A DNA stretch of 64,000 nt from Nemertoderma westbladi (Eukaryota; Animalia; Xenacoelomorpha), in contig JAUCBJ010007011.1 in the NCBI GenBank assembly GCA_032718475.1, forward strand, positions 8,312-72,311, written 5' to 3'. Positions 10,881-23,257 of the stretch are shown in pieces. Within the stretch, counting starts at the first letter, position 1. Each line of letters begins with the position of its first letter. The position numbers were made by a program, and so were the translations under genes. The notes beneath the pieces were generated by a model, which was not told the origin of the DNA, made no database searches, and was given only the letters and a program-made list of their open reading frames with translations.

Positions 10881-13800
10881 GAGCCTGTTTCACAAAATGG
10901 TCAACCAATGTGGTAAAAAATAAACTTTCGTTTTGCATATTTTTAGTAGTATATACCATTAGACTACATTTGAAAGTCTATAAAATTGAAAATAATTATT
11001 GGTTTTTGTTTAGTTATCTCAAATTACAAGCTGTACTAAAATTTACATTTTTTTCAATTTTCACACAAAAAATGGCAATAAATGCAAAATGTGTGATATA
11101 CTTGTTATAAATAATATTATTAACAAAAATTTTTTTCAAGAAATTTTATTGAAATATTAGTAATGGCAAATTCAATGATTGTGGCATAATTCGTTACGTA
11201 TTTAGGCATGGCCAGCAGTTCCAAAACTCGTTCCGTCCGTTACTTCCGTCCGTTACCATGAGTTACAATTTTCAACCTAATTGGAGTAGTGTAGCACAGA
11301 ATAGTCCAGGTTTTTTGTAAGTTCTAATTTATTGTTAGAACAATAAAACTGGAAGAAGTTGAACATTTAGGTGCAAAATAAATATTGTTTTTAATTCGAC
11401 TAACTTTTATTCCGTCCGTTACCTATTTAATTTCCGTCCGTTACCTAATTAATTACCATATTGTGAAATTACCATAAGCACAATATTTCTGTTCTAATAA
11501 TTTGTATGGTGTACCTGTGTCCTGCATGCATTATATATATCATGGTGTGTATAGTGTGGTCTGTTGAAGTATCTTATGTATACTCTTATTACTGATTGTA
11601 TGATATGTTTAAATGTATAGAGCACATAATGTCCGGAAGTACCTTATATATATTATGTAGAAGTGACGGCTCTTTTACATGCTGACTCAGACATACATTT
11701 GTAATTAGCATTGCAGTTATGGGAAATTCCAAATTCCAGAGGAGGGAAATTCAAAACAGCTTTCATTGTGACTGCTTGACTTGGGCTGCACCATATTGAC
11801 ATACAATACAGAAATAATAGTATAACTACCTAATTCAGACTTGATATTACTGCATGTACCTTGCATAGCCTGAACTTCATTATGACTTTTATCCCACTAA
11901 AGCTGAGATGTTAATTATACTGTGCAGCTATTTTATTTATACATAATTGAATTCCTAAAAATAGATTAATTGCTGTGTTGAATTGAAAATTAAATTGACT
12001 TATTAATACATTAGGCCTAAGTTATTCATTCAAAATAAGTAGGCCTACCAGTTGTCCATAGGCCTATTATATCATTATCAACTAATAATCTAATTTCTAC
12101 TATCAACTCATCGAATAAACTCGGAACTGTCTGCACCATCTGGGCTTATAGAAATGTCTAAGGATGCTAAAAAGCAAAAGGCTTATCGAGAACGGAAAAA
12201 GGCATCTGATCGGGAGGGATTTCTTGCAAAGGATAGAGAAAGAAAGCGTTTAAAAAGAGCTGAGGTTTATGCTGATACGAATAAGCATGAGGCACTGAAA
12301 TGTGTAGATCGTCTCAGAAAGAGACAATCTAAATGCAAAGGTTGGCAATATTGGTAGAGCCTGCTGCATTTTTAAAAGGAAGAGGAAATATTTTGAATGA
12401 AGGCATATTTTTGTTTTGTTCCTTAGTTATTTTACAATTTAATTATTATCCTGTTTTAATTACCTGTTGTAATAGTATCAGAAAAAATATAATTTGAAGA
12501 AAGTTATTAATATTGTTCTGTTCATGTTCAAAGAAAGTTTCTAATCTGTATGGTATCTCCTGATTTTATTAATCTAAAATATTAAGTAAATTTACTGAAA
12601 ATATATTGTTCGAATAAAAACAAGAGACATTTTTTTTTGTTTGAACCTAATTTTATGAACTCCATGCCATATATATATATATTTAGATAGATTTTTTATT
12701 ACTGATTTAACATAAAAAAATCAGAGACCATTACCAATATTGCCATTTACTATAGCTACTCAACCTCCATTGACTCCTACTACTTCTGGGTCATTGTCAC
12801 CACCTAGTTCTGGGGCATTTAAGTCTAAGCAGAGTTTAGGGAAGTCAATAAATAGATTGAAAAAACATCTTCCAAAATCGCCAAGTAAAAGAATGGAGAC
12901 GATTAGCACTTATATCGGAAGTATGTCTCCAGCAACACGAAAGACAGTACTTCGTGGTGCCAAGGTAAGAATGTTATTTAAAAAGCCAGGACGGCCACTG
13001 GGTAAACATTCCAGAATAACAACCGAGAAAGAAAATCGGGTCATAGAATTTCTGGAATCACCAGATATATCGTACTGTTGTCCCGGTCGTCAACATATGG
13101 TATATGTTGGGAAAGAGAATGGTGAAAGAAAATATAAACCTAGACATTATATGTTATGGACCCTTGAGGAAACAGTTCCACTAGCCAATGAAAAAGTTCC
13201 TGACATTAAGGTCAATAAAGCTCTTCTACAACGCATAATAGCTGGTAAGAAGCATTTATATTATAATGGAAAAATGCCTGAAGATGATTGCAAATGCGAG
13301 AAGTGTGAAAACCTTACCCTGTTACTAAATGGCCTAAACTCAGTTACAAATATTCGCAACCATGAACTATTTTACCCTGATGAAAATGAGTTTGTGAGTG
13401 AAATTGTTTGTTCTCTCAAAAATAGAAGTTGCTGCGAATTTAAATGTAAGGATTGCCCTGGTTTTGAAATTTTGGAACCTCTTTTTGAAGTTATTAGAAG
13501 TATACCTGAGATTCGTTACTATCAATGGGCCAGAACAGACAATGAAAAAATTGTTAAGAAACGAGAATATATTCAATGTGGGGAAGATGTTGCTGAAGAT
13601 CTTAATAAGCAAGTTCATGACTATATACAACATCAGTATCGAGCTTTTCATCAACTAAACATCCTTAGAGAACAAAAATCGAAATTAAATCCGAATGAAG
13701 CAATAATAAGCATTGATTTTGCAAAGAATTACGATAATAAGCAAAGGCATGAGGTCCAAAGTGCCTATTTTGGTCATGAAAACTTTTGTATATTTACAGC

Positions 13801-15483
13801 AGCCTGTTACACCCGATCAAGTATTGTTGATAGCAACACCAATGATGATAATAATTCATCCAGAGGAGATGGCCCTAGCACATCTACAGAATATGTTCCT
13901 GTTGATCCTGACTCCAACTGCACTCAATGTGATATTGGTGATAATTTATCCATGGTAGAAGGCACTAACTCAAGTATAATTGTAGAATCTGTTGCCATCA
14001 TTTCCAACTGCACTGAGCATGATAAGTTCCTTGCTTTCAGTTGTATTAAACAGCTTATGCGGCATATCCGAGAAAAGAATGCCAACATTACTGATATACA
14101 TGTTTGGAGTGATGGATGCTCAGGGCAGTTTCGTAGCAAACATGTATTTAAAGCAATTGCTATGGATATGCCAGACATAGTCAAGTCATGGACATATGGG
14201 GAAGCAGGCCACTTTAAAGGACCTCATGACGGTATTGGCGCAACTGTAAAAGTGCAAACATATAACCATGTGAGGTCCGGACGAGTGGTCATTAGAGATG
14301 CAGAGCATTTTGCATCTTATGCAAATGGTATTGTGAAACCTACTATTCTGTATATACCTAATGCATGTGTTGAACATTTCAGTATTGACGAGTCTGTTTA
14401 TATATATCGCACTTTGAAAATCCATCAAGTCATACGTAAAGATCAAAAACTCATATTTTATGAATTAGCCAATTGCATAAATGAGATTGCTTGTTGTGAT
14501 TATAGCTCATCTAATGGTAATAGTCAAGGGAGTGATATTGGAGTGGATTCGGAAGAATGTCAAAACTCAGAAGAGAGTCAAGACTCTAATCCTATCCGAG
14601 AAACATCTGAAGTTCCTGTTGTGGGCAGCTGGATAGCTGCTATTTATGATGATAACTTTATTCCTGGATGTATAGAGAAAGTCATAGATGCAAATGGCCC
14701 ATTGATTGAGGTGCGATTTATGAAAGTAATTGGTCCAAACCGTTTTATTCCTTCCTCAGCAGCAAATGATCATATCCATGCATACAATTATCAGCATAAA
14801 CTTTGCGTGATTAATCAACCTCAACTGATTGCTGGCACGGAACGTTTACTGGTTCATTCACTAGATGCTAATGAATATTCACGAGTCCTCCAACTTTTCT
14901 GCTCGGTCCGTAGAGAATTGAAATTTTAATAGAGACAATGGATATTTTAAACTTCATGCACAATTTAGGACACTATGAAAAACATTTATTGAGGTGTATG
15001 AGCACTATGAGCAAGTTAATTCTACTTAAACTGTATATAAATATCACAAATTGCATTGCGGTATTTTATTCCGTCCGTTACCTTCCGTCCGTTACCGTGT
15101 ATTATTTTGTTTATTATACTGTCACAGTCGTGGTTTATACAAATTGCGAAAATAATTTTAACCAATGTCACTAGGGATATTTAATTATACTCCAATGCAA
15201 AAAAATATTTGGAAAACATTGCCAATTTGCAGGAATTTCAGATTGTCCAAGCTACATATATTCTTCAATTATGTATGATTCCGTCCGTTACCAGAACAAA
15301 TCTATTAATATCTTAAATACTTAAATGTAATTTTCTAATTTATTTTTCACATGATGAAAGTACAGTTGTCAGTTTCAGAGTAGCATATCATTTTACTGTT
15401 ATTCATTCAATATCTCAAAATAGTTGTGGTTTAATCATGCGAATTTTCCGTCCGTTACCAACATAATTTTTTGAAACAGGCTC
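10881..15483 (+). mobile_element. Sola2-type DNA transposon, apparently complete (4.6 kb)
   Basis: Termini GAGCCTGTTTCACAAAA / TTTTTTGAAACAGGCTC (GAG...CTC). 4-bp TSD TTCC (10877-10880, 15484-15487). Subterminal TTCCGTCCGTTAC repeats. Transposase ORF inside. Confidence 0.85.
12154..14929 (+). CDS. Sola2 DDD transposase, two exons: join(12154..12340,12756..14929), ~786 aa
   Basis: Exon 1 is a K/R-rich N-terminus ending AAAG|GT (phase 1). The acceptor TATAG|CT at 12755 restores the frame of the 729-aa ORF. Motifs: CKCEKCEN, IDFAKNY..EVQSAYF, WSDGCSGQFRSK, HFKGPHDGIGATVK. Confidence 0.8.
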
Positions 15484-16184
15484 TTCCATTCCTACATATA
15501 ATGAAAATCATTTCATCCCGTTTTTCATTAGGGCCTACTAGAAACAATTATGGTTGAATCTCTTAACACGCGTTTTGGTTTTCTCAGTCTTTCTAAATTT
15601 TGACACAAATTTATATTTTTCTTCTGTCACGCCATTCTCAAACTTTAATGCCCCCTTGCCTGCTTGCTGCCTTGTGGTGATGTTCACCTTGTCAAATATT
15701 ATTATGTTTAGTTCCATTTCAGCCTTTGAAGCATGTGATTCTTTAGTTTTGTTTATGCCTATACCAGTCTGCCACTGCCAGTACGGTATCTGTTACAGAT
15801 ACAGACTCATCCATCTGTCCATCAACATTATTAACAACATATCATATGTCATAGGCCCTACCGGTATACATTTTGACATTTCATTGACTAAATGTTTATA
15901 AATCACCACGACCTGACAAGGTGCCCATTGCATTTGCTTACAATTATTATATTTATATAGGCCTACCAGTATAGGCCTACAAGTGTAGTGTAGTGTATAG
16001 GGCCTACTACAGTACTACACCGGTACCTATACACGTTTATCACTCGTTTGTACTCCTTTGTACTATTTTTGCACTCTTTTGTACTATTTTTGCACTTTAT
16101 TTTACTCTTTTGTACTCTTTTGCACTTTATTTTACTCTTTTGTACTCTTTTGTACTATATTCATATATTGGTACTCAGTACCAA

Positions 16185-16773
16185 ACGGGAGGGAGTTCCT
16201 AGCAAAGGTGAGGGATACGCTACAGAGTCAGTTTATCCAAAATTGGTGGTCAACCCTAGAGAATTCCCCAAAAGGCGACTTTTATGTCAAAGATACATTT
16301 CGAACCGAACCGTACCTTATAGTTCTTAAAAATTACCCCACTCTGAAACGTACAATAGCTAGTTTCCGATGCACTTCACATAGATTAAAAATCGAAGAAG
16401 GACGTTGGTACAATATCCCACGGTTGAACAGGCTATGTCCAGTATGCAACTTGGGGCGTATTGAATCAGAATACCACTTCCTTCTCGAATGCCCAATATA
16501 CAGTAGCTTACGCGAACAATACCTGCCACCCCAATACAGTAGGTTCCCATCTATGTACAAATACCGTAGGATTCTACAGTACACCGATCCAACAATAGTT
16601 AAAAATCTCTCCCTGTTTTTGTACAACGCGTTTTCACTTCGCTCCATAATTTTAGGCCAAAATTAACATACACTCTAGACGTAGTTACAATTCAATTTAA
16701 GTATAACTACACTAAATACAATATGCCTTCTGAGATACACTAGTTCCTTCTGGTGAAGGGTTATTATTATTAT
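16185..16773 (+). mobile_element. 5'-truncated non-LTR retrotransposon 3' end (RTEX-like; clade uncertain)
   Basis: ORF ends with FRCTSHRLKIEEGRW..RLCPVCNLGRIESEYHFLLECPIY (CCHC knuckle), stop at 16666, then a short UTR and a (TTA)n tail at 16761-16773. Lies within TTTGTACT low-complexity repeats. Confidence 0.75.
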
Positions 16774-17534
16774 ACTCATCTGGTGCAATAAGTTTTGACT
16801 ATGTTACAATCAACAATTGTACTTTTTTTTTTGTATATTTTGTACATTTGTATATTTACTTCAACATGTACACAAAATTGTGTACATGTTGAAGTAAATA
16901 TACAAATATACCAATGGTATCATTATAGATTGCAAAACTATATTGTACTATTTTGTACTTTATTGTACTTTTTTGTACAGATTCTGGATTCGTCGGACCG
17001 GACCTTTCAGATTGCAGCTCAATATAATTACTAATAATACACAAAAGCTCCAGGCAGCCAGGTTCTCTCTGATTACAGCTAATAGGCTAGGCGCTGATCA
17101 GCTGATGGTTGCTTGCGCTGGTATCCATACTCATAGATACTGTATCTAAATGTTTTTTTTGTAATTTTAACCTTAACTTTGGACATATTTATGCCTACAA
17201 ATTGTCAAGCTTTAATTAAATCCGACAAATTTATTGGCATGTCAAAATCGTAGCTAACGACAACAACTATTTGCTATTATCTGATTATTGACCCACTAAC
17301 TTATCGTGTTAGTTCGCCAAGGCTCCGCCAACTTCGTGGCTCGCCCCATACACTCTTCAACAATATGCATTTTACTTTATGTACTAAATTAACCCTCACT
17401 TTGCTGCATGACCCCCAAACCCAGTTATGGGTTTGCCTTTGCCCCCCACCCCCCCCCCCCCCCCCCCCCAGATTCGGCCTCTGCCCCCCAGATATTATTA
17501 TGGTCATCATCAATCATACTGCCATACGGGCCCG

Positions 17535-17782
17535 ATAATAGTAATAATAATAATAATAATAATAATTTATATAGCGCCTTTTGACGTGATGATCAAAGGC
17601 GCTGCACTGCACAAAATTTAACGATTTAAAATATTTAAAAACATTAAAAAGTATTGCTTTACAAAGAGATCGGTCATTAATGAATTTAAAAGTTTAAAAA
17701 CACGCTGAGAAACTTAATTCCCGTATTGCTTTATGAAGAGATGGGTTTTTAGCTGAGCCTTAAACGAATCAAGAGAGGGGGG
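17535..17782 (-). mobile_element. L2-like LINE 3' fragment
   Basis: Minus strand reads SLDSFKAQLKTHLFIKQYG. 3' stem-loop GCGCCTTT..AAAGGCGC at ~17574-17602 is followed by an (ATT)n tail. Confidence 0.65.
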
Positions 17783-18399
17783 TCTATTATACAGTGGGAC
17801 AGTGGGATGGCAGATCATCTGCCATCCCACTCCATCCCACTCCATCTGCCGCAGATGGAGGCCCCCAAACAGGAATGAACCGCCCTGTCACCTGTACGCT
17901 GTACCACAACTCGTCAGATCGTTGGTACCGCCTACCGATCACTTAGAAAATTCTCAATCCAACCCAATAACAGAATAAGTTTACAGCTATTCCAAGCTGC
18001 CAAGAGTCTCTAGTGAGCTTGTCCAGTAGTCATGTAGTCTGCTAGTTTGTGCAGCAAGCATCGATGTGGTACACAGTGCCTAGTGGTAGGCCTATCTGAC
18101 AGTCTGAGTATCTGACACACTAACTGACTGACTGAGAAACACATCATGGTGTGGAGAAGGTAGGAAGCATAACTTTCTATACACAGATGGTCTTGGATGA
18201 TACTGATGTTACCGGGGCAACCTGATCCGATCCCCTATTGGCTATTTACCTAACAGACAGTTATGTAAATATTTTCTCAATGTTTTACAATGTTAACAAT
18301 TTCTACAATAAGATCATTTCAATAAGTCAATGAACCGAAAATTTTTTTTATTACGTAGGCCTACTAATAAGCTACTATATTATTTTATTACACTTTCAG

Positions 18400-18513
18400 T
18401 TAACCTTAGCAAAACTCTCTGTTGGATGTTGGGAGAACCAAGTGATATTGAAAGAAGAACAATTATTCTCATATCGCACAGTGTTCGATCTTCTAGCAAA
18501 CAGAGACAAACAG
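18400..18513 (+). CDS. ANKAR: ANKAR-like gene, internal exon (LTLAKLSVGCWENQVILKEEQLFSYRTVFDLLANRDKQ)
   Basis: TTTCAG acceptor, CAG|GTACT donor, 114 nt phase 0/0; resembles the ANKAR segment preceding the FAFNN motif. Confidence 0.72.
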
Positions 18514-18629
18514 GTACTTGAGATTGATACCATTCAGCCAATATTGATTTTTTGTATTCCTGATATTGTTTATTTACATTCTACCGGTACAAAGCCAAAC
18601 TGCACAGCACATTTTACATATTTAAACAC

Positions 18630-18920
18630 GGTAGGCATGTTACCAATTGGGGTGTCGTTTCAGCCTATTTTAACATATATTTAATTTAATTTATCGCGAA
18701 TATTTATTTTCTATATTCACCATTTAAGGTACCTTTTAAAGGAAAGTAGCAGGTTATAATGGCAGGTTTTTGAGAACCAAAAACAATAAACTAAATCAAT
18801 TTAGGTATACAGTTTACAGTAAAATCTTTACTTATAGGCAATACAGTTATCTTTAAATATTAATTTACCATTAACCCTATGAGAAGGCTGAAACGACACC
18901 CCAATTGGCGATTTGCGTAC
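18630..18920. mobile_element. MITE with inverted repeats (Tc1/mariner-like termini)
   Basis: CCAATTGGGGTGTCGTTTCAGCCT (18643-18666) is inverted as AGGCTGAAACGACACCCCAATTGG (18885-18908). The right TIR tip is interrupted by the RTE fragment. Confidence 0.65.
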
Positions 18921-19183
18921 TACTACTACTACTAGGATCGGCATGCTGCATTGCAGCTGCATTTTTAAGAATGCTGTGCCAGCTTATCGACAAAATTGCA
19001 CCGCCACAACTCCCTATCACCCATGACATTTGCTAGATCATCCACATCTTCAAGGCCAGTGTCCTTTAAGATGCGTCTCAAGAAAGTCATGGGCTGTCCA
19101 CCATGCTTATTCACTCCATGAGGCTGCCAAAGTACAAGATTATGCACTGGCTGGTCCTCACGGCGAAAGCAATGTCCTGCAAA
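18921..19183 (-). mobile_element. ~260-bp RTE-derived retroposon copy 1
   Basis: Encodes an RTE C-terminus (FAGHCFRREDQPVHNLVLWQPHG...). (TAG)n tail. 10-bp TSD ATTTGCGTAC (18911-18920, 19184-19193). Confidence 0.85.
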
Positions 19184-19419
19184 ATTTGCGTACAGTAAGC
19201 GTCATCATGTTAATACTGCACACAATTTATATTATTTGTCAAAATTATAATGTCAATGTAAAATGTTCTAATCGAAATGTAATGCATATACTGAAAACAA
19301 TGCCAATAATAGGGCCTACTAGCTACTACTGTACATTTATTTACCAGGTAATTTTCTGATTGGGTAACTATTATGTACACAAGTATGTACTTGTGTGTAA
19401 AGTAGCACTTTACAGTGTG

Positions 19420-19990
19420 ATGATCCGAGTGGCTTTGTTACACGAACGAACGTTAGTGAGTGAGGGAAAATAAAGCCACGAGGATCAGGTATGTAGTTTT
19501 ATTCCAAAATTTTAACATTTCGAAATGATTGTACATATACATTATAAGTGATAGAAACTGCACAAATTATATTAGTTGCTGTATAAATATATGTAAAAAT
19601 GACATAAATTATGTTATAAATAAGTTAGCTTATATTTATGGTGGCGTTTGGAGCCATGTTATAATAATATAGGCCTAGTTAGGCCCTACTGATTATTAAT
19701 AGCTACACCCCGCCTACCGGTAGGTATTGCAATAGGCCTATCTGGCTGTCAAGCAAATTTCCACCTATTGTTACGTGGTATCCAATGACGGCGTTAAGTA
19801 ATGTCCCCTTAGTGGACATTACTTAACGCCGTCATGGGTTACCACGTAAACAATGACACCAAATACAATACTAAATGTACAGGCCAATACAATGCTGTAA
19901 TGTCCTCTAAAGTTGTAAAGTGCTAAATAACAACTCGCTGTTAATAATAACGGCGTGAGTAATGTTACAATTTTGGAATAAAATATATAC
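19420..19990. repeat. Palindrome-rich non-autonomous element(s)
   Basis: Hairpin GATCCGAGTGGCTTT..AAAGCCACGAGGATC at ~19421-19486. ~85-bp near-perfect palindrome at 19768-19853. Inverted TTTTATTCCAAAATT at ~19497 and ~19969-19983. Confidence 0.55.
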
Positions 19991-20037
19991 ATTATTTTAT
20001 TATTATATTAAAAAAATCATTTCCTTTCACATTGTAG

Positions 20038-20193
20038 GTAAAGTTGATGGCTCTTATGGCGATCGCAACATTTGCATTCAACAACACAACCTCTCAGAAT
20101 GAAATTAAATCACTCGGTGGAATTTCTATACACAATTTTATTCCCTACCTGGAGAGTAACATAGAAAGTTTCCAAGCATCGGCTGCCTTCCAG
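20038..20193 (+). CDS. ANKAR: ANKAR-like exon (VKLMALMAIATFAFNNTTSQ...FQASAAFQ)
   Basis: TTGTAG acceptor, CAG|GT donor, 156 nt; FAFNN and AAFQ motifs match the recalled ANKAR C-terminal ARM region. Confidence 0.85.
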
Positions 20194-21848
20194 GTCCGTT
20201 GGAAGTATCTACTGTATATGTGTAGGTACAATGGTACATACAGTATGTAGGTAGAGTACAGTATGTATGTTACTATGTTACCGTTAATTACATACGGATA
20301 CGTGTGTATTAACTGAACTGTATAAGAGACATTATGGGTGTTATGTATGTATGTATGTATATTATCGACTACTATGTAGAATAATAATTGCACAGAGAAA
20401 TAGTTCACAGATGATTTGCAAATTTACAGTAGTATGTTAAGCAAATTGCACGAAAATAATACTTTATAAATGTAGCAGTCCGATCGAAGAGAATAGTATT
20501 TGAAGCAAATATAGTAACTGAATATATAAAACGGATTTATTAGTTTTGTGAATGTATAGTGAATTACTGAAAAATATAGATATAAATACGAATGTAAAAA
20601 AAACTTAGAATTTAAAGCAAAATATAGTGACTGGATATATAAAAACGGGTGTATAAATTTCGTAATTAAAGTAAATATAATGGCTGAATGTATAAAGTGG
20701 ATGTAAGATTATATCGCTTGAATGACCTGTCGAATGCATGACCTATAAATATGCTGCACTGTACGCATTATAATATAATAATAATAATATTGTATATATA
20801 TTAAAGATGTATTATATAGGGTAGGTCTAATCGAACGTGTAATGTATTTAATATATAATAATAAATAGATAGTGTTACTAATATATAATATAATTTTATG
20901 TAATAAATAGTTAATATATAAATATAGTTAATATTGAATTGTTTTGTTACTAATATAGTAAATAATAATAAATAGATACGGTAATATAATATATAGTTTC
21001 TTAGGGGTTAGCCTGCCGTGTTACAATCAGGATCACTACAGTATCCCGTAATTATTTTTTTCTATATGTAAAACTTTACTTTACCTTGCTGTCCCCAGTG
21101 ATTTGTTACATGAGCAAAAGTTAGGTAGTTTAAAATACGGTTAATTTAAAATACATTGCAACTTATGAACTTTCAGTAGTAGTCCTACTGTACTAATCCA
21201 AAATAGTAATAGGGGGCCTTCTGTATTACGGAAATACAGTAGCTATATACATACAGTAATACAGTATCAATATTTTATTGTATTAAAAAAAATTGTTTTA
21301 TTTAGTGAAGTGAACTGATACTGCAGAGCATAAGACTTAGTATTAATTTTAGAAAATCTTTCATGGTTAATACTGTAACTTAAGGAATTATTGAAAAATT
21401 AAGTTTCCGCAGTACAGTAGGCTTACTTGCAGTAATTTTGCAGTAGGCCTACTTCACACAACAGTAGTGTTTCTAAAAAAAATTCACGTTAAAAATATGA
21501 TAGATAGTACTTTGAAATTATTAATCAAACCAAACTACAGTAAAGAAATGTTTATCGAGAACCGCTGCACCTTTTTTTTTAACGTTTATAGCTAAAGATT
21601 AAAGCAAAAAGGTTTTGACCCACCCGGGAAAGGAGGACGGGTGTGAAAATACCGTAAATCTATTTCAAATATCATTTTCATGCGATCACATTATTAAAGT
21701 TTTTAGAATTGTAGGGGAGGGCTAACCACTGGGGCGGGGGGGGGGGATACCTACCTCTATGACTTTTAATTGATAATTTTAGAGCGTTTTTATTCATGTA
21801 ATTAATGTTTTACTAAGTATGAATCATTTAATATCTTTTTCTTTACAG

Positions 21849-22076
21849 ATGACAGTACTAGCGCGAGTGATACCCGAGGAAGATATAGTTTCCTTAACAT
21901 CGGTATCGGTGAAACTTCTATCAGCTCTCCTCCGATCTACATTACCGGAATCTCGTGTGCTGGCCGCGCGGTTCGTTGCTAGTATAGCGCACACTCGCGC
22001 CGGAGTTCCTGACGCACTCATCACTTCCGGTGCCGTGGAAGCCTGTATAAACAATCTGGAGCACACCAGTGAACAG
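21849..22076 (+). CDS. ANKAR: ANKAR-like exon (MTVLARVI...ASIAHTRAGVPDALITSGAVE...SEQ)
   Basis: TTACAG acceptor, CAG|GT donor, 228 nt; compare ANKAR ASLAHSRAGIPEAF. Confidence 0.88.
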
Positions 22077-22240
22077 GTTGGAGACAAAATCGATATATTG
22101 GAAAGGAATTCAATTCATAATTTCTGATTTTCGAGTTGCTATAGCCACTCTGAATACGCGCGAAGATTAATTCGAATAATAATAACTAAAATAAAAAGAA
22201 TAAGACTTACTGTAGCAATTCGAACGTACGTAAGTTGTCA

Positions 22241-22272
<32 letters not shown>

Positions 22273-23100
22273 GGGGGGTTCAGTCCTGTAATTGACATTA
22301 GAACTTCGAACATTACTGTTTGGGATTCGGCGCCATCCCCTTATATTTTCCAACTATTGGTATTTTGAAAACCGCGTATAAGGGCGAGCTTGAAACGAAA
22401 TTTTTTTCAATATTGCTAAAAATTATCAAATGTAAAGTAATTCACACCCTAATTGGTCTGCTCTGTAGACACAAATAACAGGTTTGATAAAACATCATAT
22501 TTAGTCCTAGACTTTTGCCTATTTGCTGCAACATTTTAACTTCAAAATTTAAGTAAGTTGACATTTTTTTTTGCCCTAAGGGAACCGACTTCTGAAACAG
22601 GCCCTTCTCTCAACTTGATAAGTTTCGGATATTCTGGGTAAACAATTAAATTTGAAACTTGTATAATACGAGTTTGATAATAATGAAAGTAGCCATGATC
22701 TATATAATATTGGGCACGGCGCACGCACAACTAAAAAAAACAGGAATGGACATAAAAATATCTACAAAAAATAATCTAAAACAATTAATAAAGATAAATT
22801 TAAAAAAATAAAAAATCTTAATGTATAAAATTCAAATAAAAAGTCGACCGAAAAGTGAAATCCTGGTATTCTTCACATGGGCGAAAACTAAGAACTCATT
22901 GGAAAAGCTGGCCTTGCAAGGTTTCCTAATCTAAGTGACTTGAAGATTAGCCACGATATACTGTAGAGTAGGTGGAATGTATTTTATCAAAGTCAGAAAA
23001 TACTGGGAGCGGGACACCCTAAATCGCTTTTATTATAAAATGTGCGAGGCAATTTAGTCTGTTAGTGTAGTTACCTACTGAAACCTTTACCTTTCTTCAG

Positions 23101-23257
23101 GTACGACAAGCTGCAGCTGTAGCATTGGGTTACCTAACCTTTAACCGGACCGGGATGCGTGCTCTACTGACTGCGTGCAGGAGTCAACTGGATCTATTTG
23201 AACGACTTATGGAGAATTTGGAACCGTCTGATGGGTTGATTAGCAAGGAATTTACAG
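23101..23257 (+). CDS. ANKAR: ANKAR-like exon (VRQAAAVALGYLTFNRTGMRALLTACRSQ...KEFT)
   Basis: CTTCAG acceptor at 23100, ACAG|GT phase-1 donor; compare ANKAR ALGYLTYN. Not in the ORF track. Confidence 0.85.

Noticed and set aside
15540-15760. Minus-strand K-rich open stretch (GINKTKESHASK...) as a further exon
   Set aside because: No recognisable homology or convincing splice sites.
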